Origin: Bugula neritina | Lineage: Eukaryota > Animalia > Bryozoa | Length of the DNA: 64,000 bases | Direction of reading: 5' to 3' | Assembly (NCBI GenBank): GCA_964035545.1 | Contig: OZ037769.1 | Coordinates: 12,492,633 to 12,556,632, forward strand | In this document: piece by piece, positions 13,281-24,336 of the stretch | Layout: each line of letters starts with the position of its first letter | How positions within the stretch are numbered: the stretch's first letter is position 1 | Made by a program: the position numbers and the translations under genes | Notes under the pieces: generated by a model | The model's input: the letters and a program-made list of their open reading frames with translations, nothing else | Databases searched by the model: none | Told to the model about the DNA's origin: nothing

Positions 13281-15946
13281 ATGCAGAAGGTGTTGATATC
13301 CATACTTGCTTGCTTTCTTCTCTTGGCTTTCGGAGTCCATGGTGGTAAGTAATATGAAAAGGAAATGGTTATTTTACTTATTAAAATTGTCGTGAATTTT
13401 TTAGGTGTGCTATTTTCTGAATGTACCTCATCATTCCTAAACGTAAATTACTAGTACTAGCTCAAAAGAGCCTTGCTCAGCTAAGAGAATACAACTTTGT
13501 TGACAGCAGTCTAATACAGCTGTAGATATGAAACTTTAGTTGTAAATTGAATGTTTTGAAACATGAAAAACAACTCAAGCTTAGATTGATGTGAATGTCT
13601 TACAGAGAGATTACAATTTATTCTTTGCATGTTAGCACCTGAAACATGTTCCATAATTCTTGTAATTCATAGGTTTGTATATAAATACATCTTTAGTTCA
13701 CATTTGGCAATTTAAATGGATTTAAAAAAATTGAAAATGTATATCTTCTAATGCAGTATCTATAGAATTTAAAAATTTGTCTTACAGAATATAATATAAT
13801 GCTGCTCTATAGAGATATTGCATATTCTCTATAGCCTGTATAATTTCAAAGAATTTTCTGTCATGTATTGTAATTATGTGCTGCCTGTTATAATGGATTT
13901 ATGTTTCTTTTAACAGCTGATGGATCTTCTGTACCAACCACACCATCTAATGCATCAGTCACACCATCTAATGCACCAGTCACACTATCTAATGCATCAG
14001 TCACACCATCTAATGCATCAGTCACACCATCTAATGCATCAGTCACACCATCTAATGCACCAGTCACACCATCTAATGCATCAGTCACCCCATCTAATGC
14101 ATTAACCGCAAAATCTAATGCACCAGTCACACCATCTACTACATCAATAAAAACATCTACTACATCAACAAAAACATCTACTACATCAACAAAAACATCT
14201 ATTACATCAACAAAAACATCTACTGCACCTAAGGCTGGTCTAACGTCTCCTCAAAGTAAAACGAGTTCACAAGCTGTGCTACCAGAACCTATTATGATCT
14301 CCTCTGATGAATCGAATCCCTCACCTCTCAACAATAGCGAAGGTAACCCAAGCAAAAGCACCACACCATGTTTAGTCTCAGATATATCATCAGTGGAATT
14401 TTTTAAAGAGTCTAACATAGCTCAACTTTTTCAACTTTCTTTATTGGTTTTTGTTTTGAGAACACTTGTTGAAATTCTTTGAGAAATAAACTTCCTACAG
14501 TACATTTGTCATCTAGAACACTGTAGATTTCTTTATTACTGTTCATAATAACCTCTAATTTTGACAGCTTCATTAGTGATTGTCAAATTGAGATGGTAAT
14601 TTCAGGTATGATAAAGAGAGTGCATGTTTTGAGAGTAATAGTAATAGCCACGGTGAAGCCATCTTTCAATTTCCTGTTATTTTAGCTCTCTAAGTGGAAA
14701 GACTAACATTTCCCTAAGCATGTTGTAAACCATATCGGCATACTAATATTTTAAGGTTGCACATTTATAAGACTTTCAAAATGCTTCATCCAGCTTAGCA
14801 AAACATATATGTCAAAAAAAAATTTTTTTCAAGTGCTTGAAATCAAGTTTTAGCATGTGTATAAACTATTATATACATGTAAGTACAACTAATTATTTGT
14901 TTTTGAGTATTATGTGATAGTTCAATTGGTGAAGTTTAGAGGCTTAATTTCTATCATGTAAAATATTATATAATTATGTTATTTTAATTGAAATATAAGT
15001 GACTATAAAATTGTTTACATTTTACTCGCTGCTACATATTTTCAGTGTAATTTAAATTATCGTTATTGAATGCTTATTCATGGTTATTTCCTAAGTTGTC
15101 CATTTTTGAGATGGTCATTTAATGTAACAATCCATGTAGATATTTTTACATGTGGAAATCTTCAAGCAATTACTGGTCCATTCAAAACACATGACATTTG
15201 TTTTGACAGAAACTACACCTGCTGGAAACAGCTCTAAGGTTACAGAGACAGTCGTCAAATCCTCTACCGAACTAAAAACTACCCCTGATACAGTATCAGC
15301 TAGTGACACAAGCAACACACCAACTGAAGCACTCACTACTTCTGCTGAAACCAAAACTACTTCCCTTAAGACCAGCACCGTAATGAAAACACTAAGCAAT
15401 AAAATTACTGATACAAAGGTTAGTTCTTGTGCATTGCTATGTTATATAGACATTAGTTAACTTCAAATTATAAAGATTATACAAAAGTTTGGTATACCAT
15501 ACTAGTACTTGGAACACTTTTTACAAAGTTGGCATTATAAAAATTTCCAGGGTTAGAAGACGTTGCTATTCAATGTTGACTTCATATTTTATCAGATATT
15601 GTTTTGAGCTGCCTTCTATGCTGTTTAGCTGTACACTTTATCATTTGAATGTGTTGATGCTCTTTCATGGTGGTTTAAGTTTTAAATTTATATTTTGCTA
15701 AACTAAAAGCTGTTTTTATTCATCACATTCTGTTCAGAAACTATAGCATTCTTTAAGGAACGACTTTGCTGTTTAATAATCTGTAATATCTATTGCTTTT
15801 AGACTACCAAGGAGCCACCAATAGCAGCCAAAGCTGAGAAGTCTTCTGAAGATGAGCCAAAAAGTGCTCCAGCAAGTTCTGCTGGGTTAATAGCTCAAGC
15901 CATCACCATTATTTATGCATGCCTATTGCTTCCTAGCTGGATATAA
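13281..15946 (+). CDS. Secreted, probably GPI-anchored Ser/Thr-rich mucin-like protein (~280 aa)
   Basis: Exons 13281-13344, 13917-14342, 15210-15418, 15803-15946 (843 nt, in frame). Signal peptide MQKVLISILACFLLLAFGVHG, VTPSNAS and TSTTSTK heptad repeats, and a C-terminal small-residue site plus hydrophobic tail (PASSAGLIAQAITIIYACLLLPSWI*). Confidence 0.85.
13939..14225 (+). repeat. Coding 21-bp tandem repeats (VTPSNAS/P, then TSTTSTK)
   Basis: CACACCATCTAATGCATCAGT units followed by AAAAACATCTACTACATCAAC units, inside exon 2 of the mucin-like gene. Confidence 0.9.
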
Positions 15947-16778
15947 AGAATAATATAATAAATGTATCACATGTTATATTTTTTTCGTAAACATTTTGTT
16001 TATAACCCTTGGCAGGAGTTGTCATTCTTATGCTAATGAGCTATAGCATGGTCTTGTATTTAGTTCACAACTTTTTATTTCTTCACAAACTTTCTTGGCT
16101 AGGAAGTGTATTCTGTGCAATAAACTGAATCGTATTCTTCGCATCTCTTAGCATAAGTTGTTATTGCTCTTTACTCAAAACATCTCTCAATTTTACTCAT
16201 CGCGCAATACAATGATGGTCTATGCCCGAAGGGAAACACTCCTTTCCCCTAACAAGTTGCAACCACTCGTTATATGTCAGGCTTTTCTATGGTAGAAGAG
16301 GCAGAATAGTATATTACAATAGCATAATACATCAATTAAGCTTTCCCTTTATTTCTGCTGCTGAATTAAGCAAAATATCTACGCTGCATAACAGTTATTT
16401 TGGCCAGTGAAGTAAGTGTTTTTTCTTGTTTCAATAATTGCCCCTCCTTACTAGGAATTTAACCGAAGCCATCATACTGGCAACCCAGAAGATGTCAAGT
16501 CCACATAATAGGAAGTAAATGACAGAAGTCCATTGGTATAAAATTATTTTGTAATATATAGAACTAATAACCCGAAATGTAGCATTGGATGGACTATATT
16601 TGAGTAAATATATGATCCAAGTTTTTAAATAAAATTCTGTTTGCATTATGTACACAGTAAAAATTTAGACTAGAAAACAAGAAAAACTTCCAAGTATAAA
16701 ATTTGAACTAAGTTAAGAGAAAAACTGATAAAATTATAATCGAATAGTAGACTTTTTTGTTTACTAAGGTAAACAATA

Positions 16779-19700
16779 CTAGGGTTTCAGATCTGCTGAT
16801 TTGCCAATGCGGTCAGCCATTTTGTATAACTTGTGAAGCTCTGCATTTTCCCGACTCACAAATGCTAACGTTTTCCTTTTGTAGTAGTCGGACTGAATCT
16901 CTATATTATTGATAACGTCGGAGAGTAAATGAGCACCCAGTACATTAGAACCTGCAATGAGAAATAGCGAAACTGATTATAGTTGAACAAAATCACAGTT
17001 ACTATAAGCACGTCTAAACTGTGCCTTACAAGTGTCCAGTATTAAATTTGGGGTCAATTAACTTTGACCTTTATAGTGCAACAATCACTATCATTGATAT
17101 AGCATAGTAAAAATGAATCCAGCAGTAACACAGGCTCATTCTGTAAACAGGTGGTCAATGAAAATGACACCAATAACCTAATGAATAGATGCATATCTAT
17201 AAATAATCATATTCTACGCCATAAGGAATTTTTCATGAGTTTTTCCAATTTAGCTTACACAAACTGAAACTGCATGCTGGTATAAGAGGATAGTTACACA
17301 CCTGCAGCTACGTTTTTGATTTGATTAAAGTGCACATGGAGATGGTAAAAACTTGGCTGATAGTGGAAGTATGCTCTAATCTTGGAACTTTTGATACCAT
17401 ATTTCTCCTCGATGGCCTTCTACAAATTGTACATTGACATATAAAAATACTTATTATTACGAAACCAAAAGTTATTGGTATGTAGAGCTGTAATTTTCTT
17501 ATTGACTGGCTATATGGAGACAAGCACAGGAGAGAATTGTTCAAAAAGCAGCCCCTAGTTGGGAGTAACTGAGTGCAGTAGGTTTTCAAGTTTGGAGCTG
17601 GAGGGGTTTAGGTTAGAACTCCAAACATGAGAACCCTAAAACAATGCACTCAATCACCCCCAACTCTGAGCTGCCTATAGAACAATTCAGGCAGGACCAT
17701 TTTAATCTCGAGAGTGGATGCTGAAGACATACAAAAACTAATGCAATACTTACTAAAGATGTTGTCTGTATATTCCTCAGTAAAGGTAAATGCTCGTCAG
17801 TCAAATCTCGAATAGATTTGATACCATGTCTATAAGAAAATTATTACTTTCTAGTGCAAGTATAATGGTTGAATGCATAGAACACTTGAATATATATCAC
17901 ACTACATAACATGAGCAATAAAAAACTGTAGGTAGTAGTAGTACACCTTGTGTAGGTAGTAGTATACTATTATATTTATTGTAATCAAATTCACATAACA
18001 AGTGAGTATAAAAATGTAAAACAGTACAGGCGTGTATCTTTATTATAGACTGTAGACACTGCACTATAGCTATACTGCACTATAGCTATACTGCACTATA
18101 GCTATACTGCACTATAGCTATACTGCACTATAGCTATACTGCACTATAGCTATACTGCACTATAGCTATACTGCACTATAGCTATACTGCACTATAGCTA
18201 TACTGCACTATAGCTATACTGCACTATAGCTATACTGTACTATAGTTGTAGTATAGTGATGATGTACTGTAATATAAGGAACCTGTAATCTCATTGGCTG
18301 TACCTGTGTACGATAGCAGATAAATACAAGTCATCTAAACTCTTCTTATCCCACTTCAGATCTGGTAGTAAAATGTAACCATTGACTGGGTCCACATCTT
18401 CATAAATTATAAATTCCGACTCTTTTTTCTTCTCCAGAATATTGTAAATCCACTACAACATATTTTTATAGTTAACAAATGAGATCTAGAGTAAATTGCA
18501 TCACATAGGTGACAGTCAAGAATCAAAGATATGACCTCAATAAGGAGTTGTGCTCTCTTTAAGTTGCACTAGACATACCACATTGCCTAATTGTTTAGCA
18601 TTTGTGATATCTTTATATTTATCAAAATGAATTTATAAAAACCTTTCAATATATTAATATAACATAACTATATAGTAAAAAAATTATCACAGAAAGAAAG
18701 CATATTTATAAATCAACCAACCAGGTTATTAAACAAGAAATTCAAATAAACCTGAACCAACATTGTCTTGTCCTCATCTCTGTGAGAACCCTTGGTCTTT
18801 TTAACTCAGCTAAGAGCTTGTTTCTACTTTGGGACAGAATTGATTATCACCAAATGTCGTTCCTGGCATTACCAATTGCATTGCTGGGATTCACACCCAT
18901 AACTTAGTGCTTACTAGGCCATCGCTCTAACCACTGTACCACACTGGCGTCCATAAATTTAAAATAATTCAGATAAACTTGAACTTCTATAAAAGCCATC
19001 ACTTTAGCATATTTGACCTTTGTGAACTATTATTAATATTTTATAACAATCAGGATTAAATATGATCTAGTAACACAGCTAAGAGAATGCTAACAGTTTG
19101 AGCCTCAACAAATAAATGTTATACTAAAAGATACCTGAATATTAAAAGTAGAAGATTGAAGGTAGGGTAAAGTAATGTTTTCATAGTCTTCTGGTGTCTC
19201 GTATATTACATCACCATCATGCAAATGATATTTCTCCAGATGTTTGGCAGTTGCAGGAAATATAATGACCGTCTTCACAGCTAAAAAATTAATACAAAAT
19301 TATGTTTTCATTTAATTTTTAATTTTACAAGATAATCATAGATTTTCTATCAACTAATACATTTTCATATTATTTCATTAGTCAATTTGTCTTTAGAATT
19401 TTAAAAATGATTCAATACAATAAGTATGGCAATGCATGTGGCTGTGGTTATATTTAATCCGAGCCTACAGGAAATAAAATTATTGAATAGAATGTATCAG
19501 TATGACTATTAAACTCAGCACTAGTACGAACAGGCACAGTAACATTACTTAACTTAAACTTAAAGTGATTAACTCATGACTGCCAACACTACAAGTACAA
19601 GTCAAAGTGTGGCATCACTTACAGTTCACAGCTTTCGAAGGGTGGCTAGTATACGTGCCATAAATATCATTGTTGAACACTTGCTCCAAAGATGTGTCTG

Positions 19701-20127
19701 AAGAAAGCAACTCTGCTAGGCCTGTGGAATTTGTATTGAAAGGTGTCTTTTCTAGAAGCAAAATAGCATCATCTTCTCCGGGCTCATCGTCATCTTGATT
19801 CCTGCTGCAATCCCCATCGGCGTCGCTAGCATGGTGTGCCGAACTAACGTCTCTCTTAGCTTTGACGTGTATAACAAGACTCTTTGTTTGTGCATCTGTT
19901 TTCAATACCTTCACCAGCTTGAATGAATTTAAACTTTCCCACTTGGGGTGACTACCGGCTTGAAGTTTAACTTTTTTCTCATCAACGTGGTTGCCATTGT
20001 GACTGTCTATAGACTTGGTACGTTTAGCACCTTGTTCTTCTTTACTTGACACACTTGAAGCTTTTCTTTTATGGTCATTTAACTTTACATTAGCTTCACC
20101 AACTAAATTACTGGAATCAACCTCCAT
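16779..20127 (-). CDS. DCPS: m7GpppX diphosphatase (scavenger decapping enzyme), ~388 aa
   Basis: Exons 20127-19623, 19280-19135, 18452-18304, 17829-17754, 17419-17302, 16951-16779. Motifs LLEKTPF, NDIYGTY, FPATAKHLEKY, WIYNILEKKKE, LPDLKWD, SIRDLTDEHLPLL, and the HIT motif HYQPSFYHLHVH. Confidence 0.97.
17536..17686. mobile_element. Palindromic MITE family A, copy 3 (DcpS intron 4)
   Basis: AATTGTTCAAAAAGCAGC...GCTGCCTATAGAACAATT termini with internal CTGAGTGCAG / TGCACTCA arms. Confidence 0.75.
18057..18247. repeat. 16-bp minisatellite (ACTGCACTATAGCTAT) x ~12 in DcpS intron 3
   Basis: Near-perfect tandem copies. Confidence 0.95.
18750..18952 (-). mobile_element. tRNA-derived SINE, related but more diverged subfamily (DcpS intron 2)
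   Basis: The minus strand reads GGACGCCAGTGTGGTACAGTGGTTAGAGCG (A box)...GGGTGTGAATCCC (B-box-like)...TGGTAATGCCAGGAACGACAT (similar to the core of the other SINEs). Confidence 0.6.
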
Positions 20128-21150
20128 TTTTAAACTGCGGTTCAAAAAGTGCGCAGTTCGAATTAAGTTTGGGAGTTGGATACATGACCCAACCGTAAAT
20201 CTATTGGGGGAGTAGGTGGAGCTTGCGCGACTTTCAACATCCAATCCAATACTTTAAATGTAATTATAACATTTGGGAAGCTTTTATAAGCAGCCCTCAG
20301 TTGGGAGTGACTGAGTGCAGTAGTTTGGGATTCCCGCTTTTGGACATCAGATTCAAATTTTGAAACCCCAACTTTAAACTCTAGACCCCAATCTGAAGTT
20401 GGGTGGATAGCTGTCACTATGATGAATATTATGATGCTACATGCTGCTCCGAGTGTGGACGTTGCTACTACTACGACTACCATTAGACTGTTACTCTTAC
20501 TGTTAGTATCAGTATATTGAGTTAAATTTCAAGATATCAATATAAAATTTATATGTCTTCAGCTATCACTGGGACTATGAGTATTACTATTACTATTAGT
20601 ATATCAAAATTTTTATCAACAAGTGAACATGAATATCAAATTCAAAATCAATTACAGTGATACTGATACTGATAGTGATAGTCATACTCATACTCATAGT
20701 GACAATCACAATGAGTATGACAATGATTCACAATCACCATGTGAATGTAAATATACTCTACTTTTGTTATACTCATTTACTAGGACTATCAATACCACTA
20801 TCAGTCTTAGTCTATCACTATGGATATTTAAAATGCATGTTGTTGTGATGTAACGAATATGATCATTATTAATATTATGCCAACATATTTTTATTTTATA
20901 TAGATCATTAAATGATGATACTGATAGGGATAGTAAACTGTAGCACTGCTTTAGAATTAAATTAATTCTAATGGTTGACCATGTTTAAGTAATGCCAAGG
21001 TAATTAATAGCATTTAAGTCAAGTTCATATATCAGTATGTATTTGCAATTTCAAATTTTCCTGTAAATATTTTATTCTGCCAATTTATATTTTTATCTGT
21101 ATTTTTAAGGTTAAATGACAGCAATTGTTTCAACCACCAATACTTTATGA
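20128..21150. promoter_or_regulatory. Putative bidirectional promoter region DCPS / SETMAR-like
   Basis: Divergent start codons about 1 kb apart. Contains a half copy of MITE family A (20283-20400) and a periodic AGT/ACT tract. Confidence 0.55.
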
Positions 21151-22522
21151 ATGTTGATAAAAGGTAAAAAAGCTGAAATGGAGCCTGTTCATTGGACCGT
21201 GAGTAATTAAAGCACTTTAATGTAAAAATTGAATCAATAGGACGTAGAATAATCTTCTATTACTGTACATGAAGTCTAATTTTTAGTCAAAGCATTGTGC
21301 ATCCTTATTATATTATGTCTTAGAAATGTGATGTCGTGGGTTTTGCTCATTCCGGTTATTGCTTTGTGTTAAAGTTCAAAAGTCGTGTCTATTTGAATAT
21401 CTGAACTTCATATTGTAGCACATAGACACACCCTACACTGAAGAGGAATATATTTTAGATGTTATGGATGACAGGTTCATGGGATGCGACTGCGGGGATA
21501 CAGGTAGCTGCTCCTCCAGTGACTGTCTGTGTGTTAGACTCAGTCTAGGTAAGTCACTATTGGCAGCTCTAATACAGCCATTGTGTCTTCTGTACACAAC
21601 CCAAACATACCTGGCTTTATCCAAGAGTTGTTGTTTGGATTAATGTGCGTTTGTAGTAAGTCAGTGAAATAACCAGAGAGAAAGTAACTCCCAATTGCAT
21701 GTTTACTTATCAATGGGGTTTTATAAGCTGCCCTAACAGCTGTAGTTTGATAGAGAATTGGCTGGCAAAGTGGGGTGAGACCACAATATTTGTGTCAGTC
21801 AATGAAGCTGTATGTTCTTTTGGTGATCCTTATACACCAAGCAGCATGTGAGAGCAGGTGGTTTCTTTAACTGATGCCTTCTATACTGTGTTGTAGGAGT
21901 CAGTTACACACCTTCTGGGAAACTCACCACCTCCTTGACTAGTCATCACCAGAAACCTGTCCTAGAGTGCCACAGTGAGTGCAGCTGTAAGTCTAACATT
22001 TGTACTAATAGAGTGCTCAGTAGAAACACCAAACACAATTTACAAGTGTTTGACACAGAAAATAGAGGGCTAGGACTCAAGGCTAAAACTAACATATGTG
22101 AAGGCGAGTTTGTGTGTGAGTATCTGGGAGAGCTCATTAGTGCAGATGCAGCTAAATCGCGACTGGAGAGCACAACTCCTGCTACTCCACAAACCGCTGG
22201 GAATACTAGCTCGTCTTCTATGAACTACTTAATCACAGTGAATGAGTATTTCACATCTGGGAGCACTCGGTGGTGCATAGACGCTCGCAGGTTTGGCAAC
22301 ATTGCCAGGTTCATCAATCACTCCTGTCAGCCTAACCTGGTGAGTTTAGTATGTCGAGCCGGATGTGACGTCCCCCGTGTGGCGCTGTTTGCCTGTAGGG
22401 ATATTGCTGCAGACGAAGAGCTGACCTTCAGCTATGCTAGTCCCAATTCTGCTCTGTCCACTAAGCCTTGCTTGTGTGGGGCTAAGGATTGCAAGCTTTT
22501 CCTACCATTTGATGTCACGTGA
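21151..22522 (+). CDS. SETMAR: SETMAR-type pre-SET/SET/post-SET lysine methyltransferase (~260 aa, no transposase domain)
   Basis: Exons 21151 (or 21178)-21198, 21419-21548, 21897-22522. Pre-SET GCDC...C...CLC and ECHSECSC...CTNR; SET RGLGL, EYLGE, RFINHSCQPN, EELTFSY; post-SET CLCGAKDCKLFLP. Confidence 0.85.
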
Positions 22523-24336
22523 TACAGTCATGGACAGGCTGAAGACCTCTGAAACTCCTCTTATGGGAAAGTGATAATTATAATTGTTCTCCATCTGCTT
22601 GGAATCATAATCGGGTAGAGACTTTCTATTTTCATAGGTTTATGATTGTCATAGCATGAATAACATGCACAATATTTCACAAGAGTGGGTAGGGTGGGGC
22701 AATAGCCTCCCCTCATAAATTCCAGTCACTCTAGTCAAGTATCTCGGTCTTATTTTACCAATAATGAGTTTCATGATTTCTAATTGTGTGAGTGCTTGAC
22801 ACTTTTAACTTGTGTTTAGTAAACTTTGCTTTTGTTCAAGTTGGAAATAGTATCCTTCCACTACAAAGAAGTTATATTCAACATTTTCTAAACTCTAATG
22901 CGTAATTTTATCACTTTTAGCAAATTTGAAAGCATTATTATCAACTGTATCCATTTTATTACATTTTTACAAAAAATCTAAAGTAAAACTTTATTATTAT
23001 ACAAAGTCATACATATATCTTAAATTCAGACAACTTATTACTTTATGCATTCTAAGATATTCATAATTTTCAAGGATGTCTTCTTTGAGCATGTTTATAG
23101 CACTAGACTTCAAGTTTTCTAATTGATAACCATTTTTGGGTCAATGTCCAACAATACTAGCTGAAATAAAGCAAGTGAATAAATTACATCAAAGCAGAAG
23201 TTTCAGCTATAAGAAAAAGAAGTACAAAACAGTCTATGAATATTATTGTCAATTCCAACAGTACAGTACATAACTGATGATCCAAAAGAACTGTTTTATA
23301 TTACATTACAATATTAAATATCAATTGTTTTAATAGTTCTTTCGCTTGCAGCTCGATGCTAACTCAATCAATGGCTGAATCGGCCACTCAACTAAATAGT
23401 AAACTCAAGAACTAAATAAAAAAAAGTTGAAAAACATACATATTTTTTTCAAATAGTTTAACGAACTTAGCTGGTAAAGTTCACTAGCTTGATCACAAAC
23501 AAAAACAAGTGTAATTTGTAAATTAAAATTTCAGTTTCTCTTCTGTTAAAAACCACTACAATTTTTATAATAACCGTCTATAATCTGTATTATGCTAAAA
23601 AGTTTTTTTTTTGCAAAATTCAATAAAATTATATTATACATCAATTATGAAGTAATAAAAATAATTTTGTTCACAAAGAAAACAATTGAAATGACAACAA
23701 AAGGGTTATAAGCTTATATAGATTTTTCTTAAAGACAATAGCATTGTTTACTATTGTGCTTTATTTCTAACGAAAACTTTGAAATTATGAATTTATGTCA
23801 AGTGTAAACCATAGTCTAACGCAGCTTAAAGCACATTGATAGAAACTGGCTAGTCACCATAGAAACTAGTTATTATTTCTCTCTAAACTTTGTTGTAGAA
23901 TATTATTCCGATTAAATCCACGGCGTGTGGCCCTCACGGCTACCACGCGTTACTACATTCCATCATTCATGTTTACTTGTAAAACAGCTGCACATCATTC
24001 TTGCAAGCTATGTGGACACAACTCCTTCTTTACACTCCCTCCTTTATTCCTTCTCACTGCCTCTTCTACTTGAGACTCTCACATATTATCAAATTATTCT
24101 TTCTACTCTCTAGCCTACTAATACCTCACAACGGCATTTTGTGATAATTTATATTATGTATAATAATAAAATCTGTTAGTCTTCGCTACTAAGTTCAAAA
24201 TATTATGATAATTGTACTATTCTAATGTAAACAACAGATAATGGTATTGTGACAGCAATTTTATAGATGTATCTGGTAACTTGGAGTTGTCTTCTATAAC
24301 TGATAGCATTATAGTGTGAAATAAACATCTGCGTTT

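Noticed and set aside
13888-14130. Antisense (DALDGVT)n and alternate-frame (HQSHHLM)n ORFs
   Set aside because: Shadow frames of the mucin coding repeat; only the S/T frame links to the signal-peptide exon.
20128-20244. N-terminal extension of DcpS shown in the ORF track
   Set aside because: It starts at a non-ATG codon; the first in-frame ATG is at 20127 in good context (AAAATGG).
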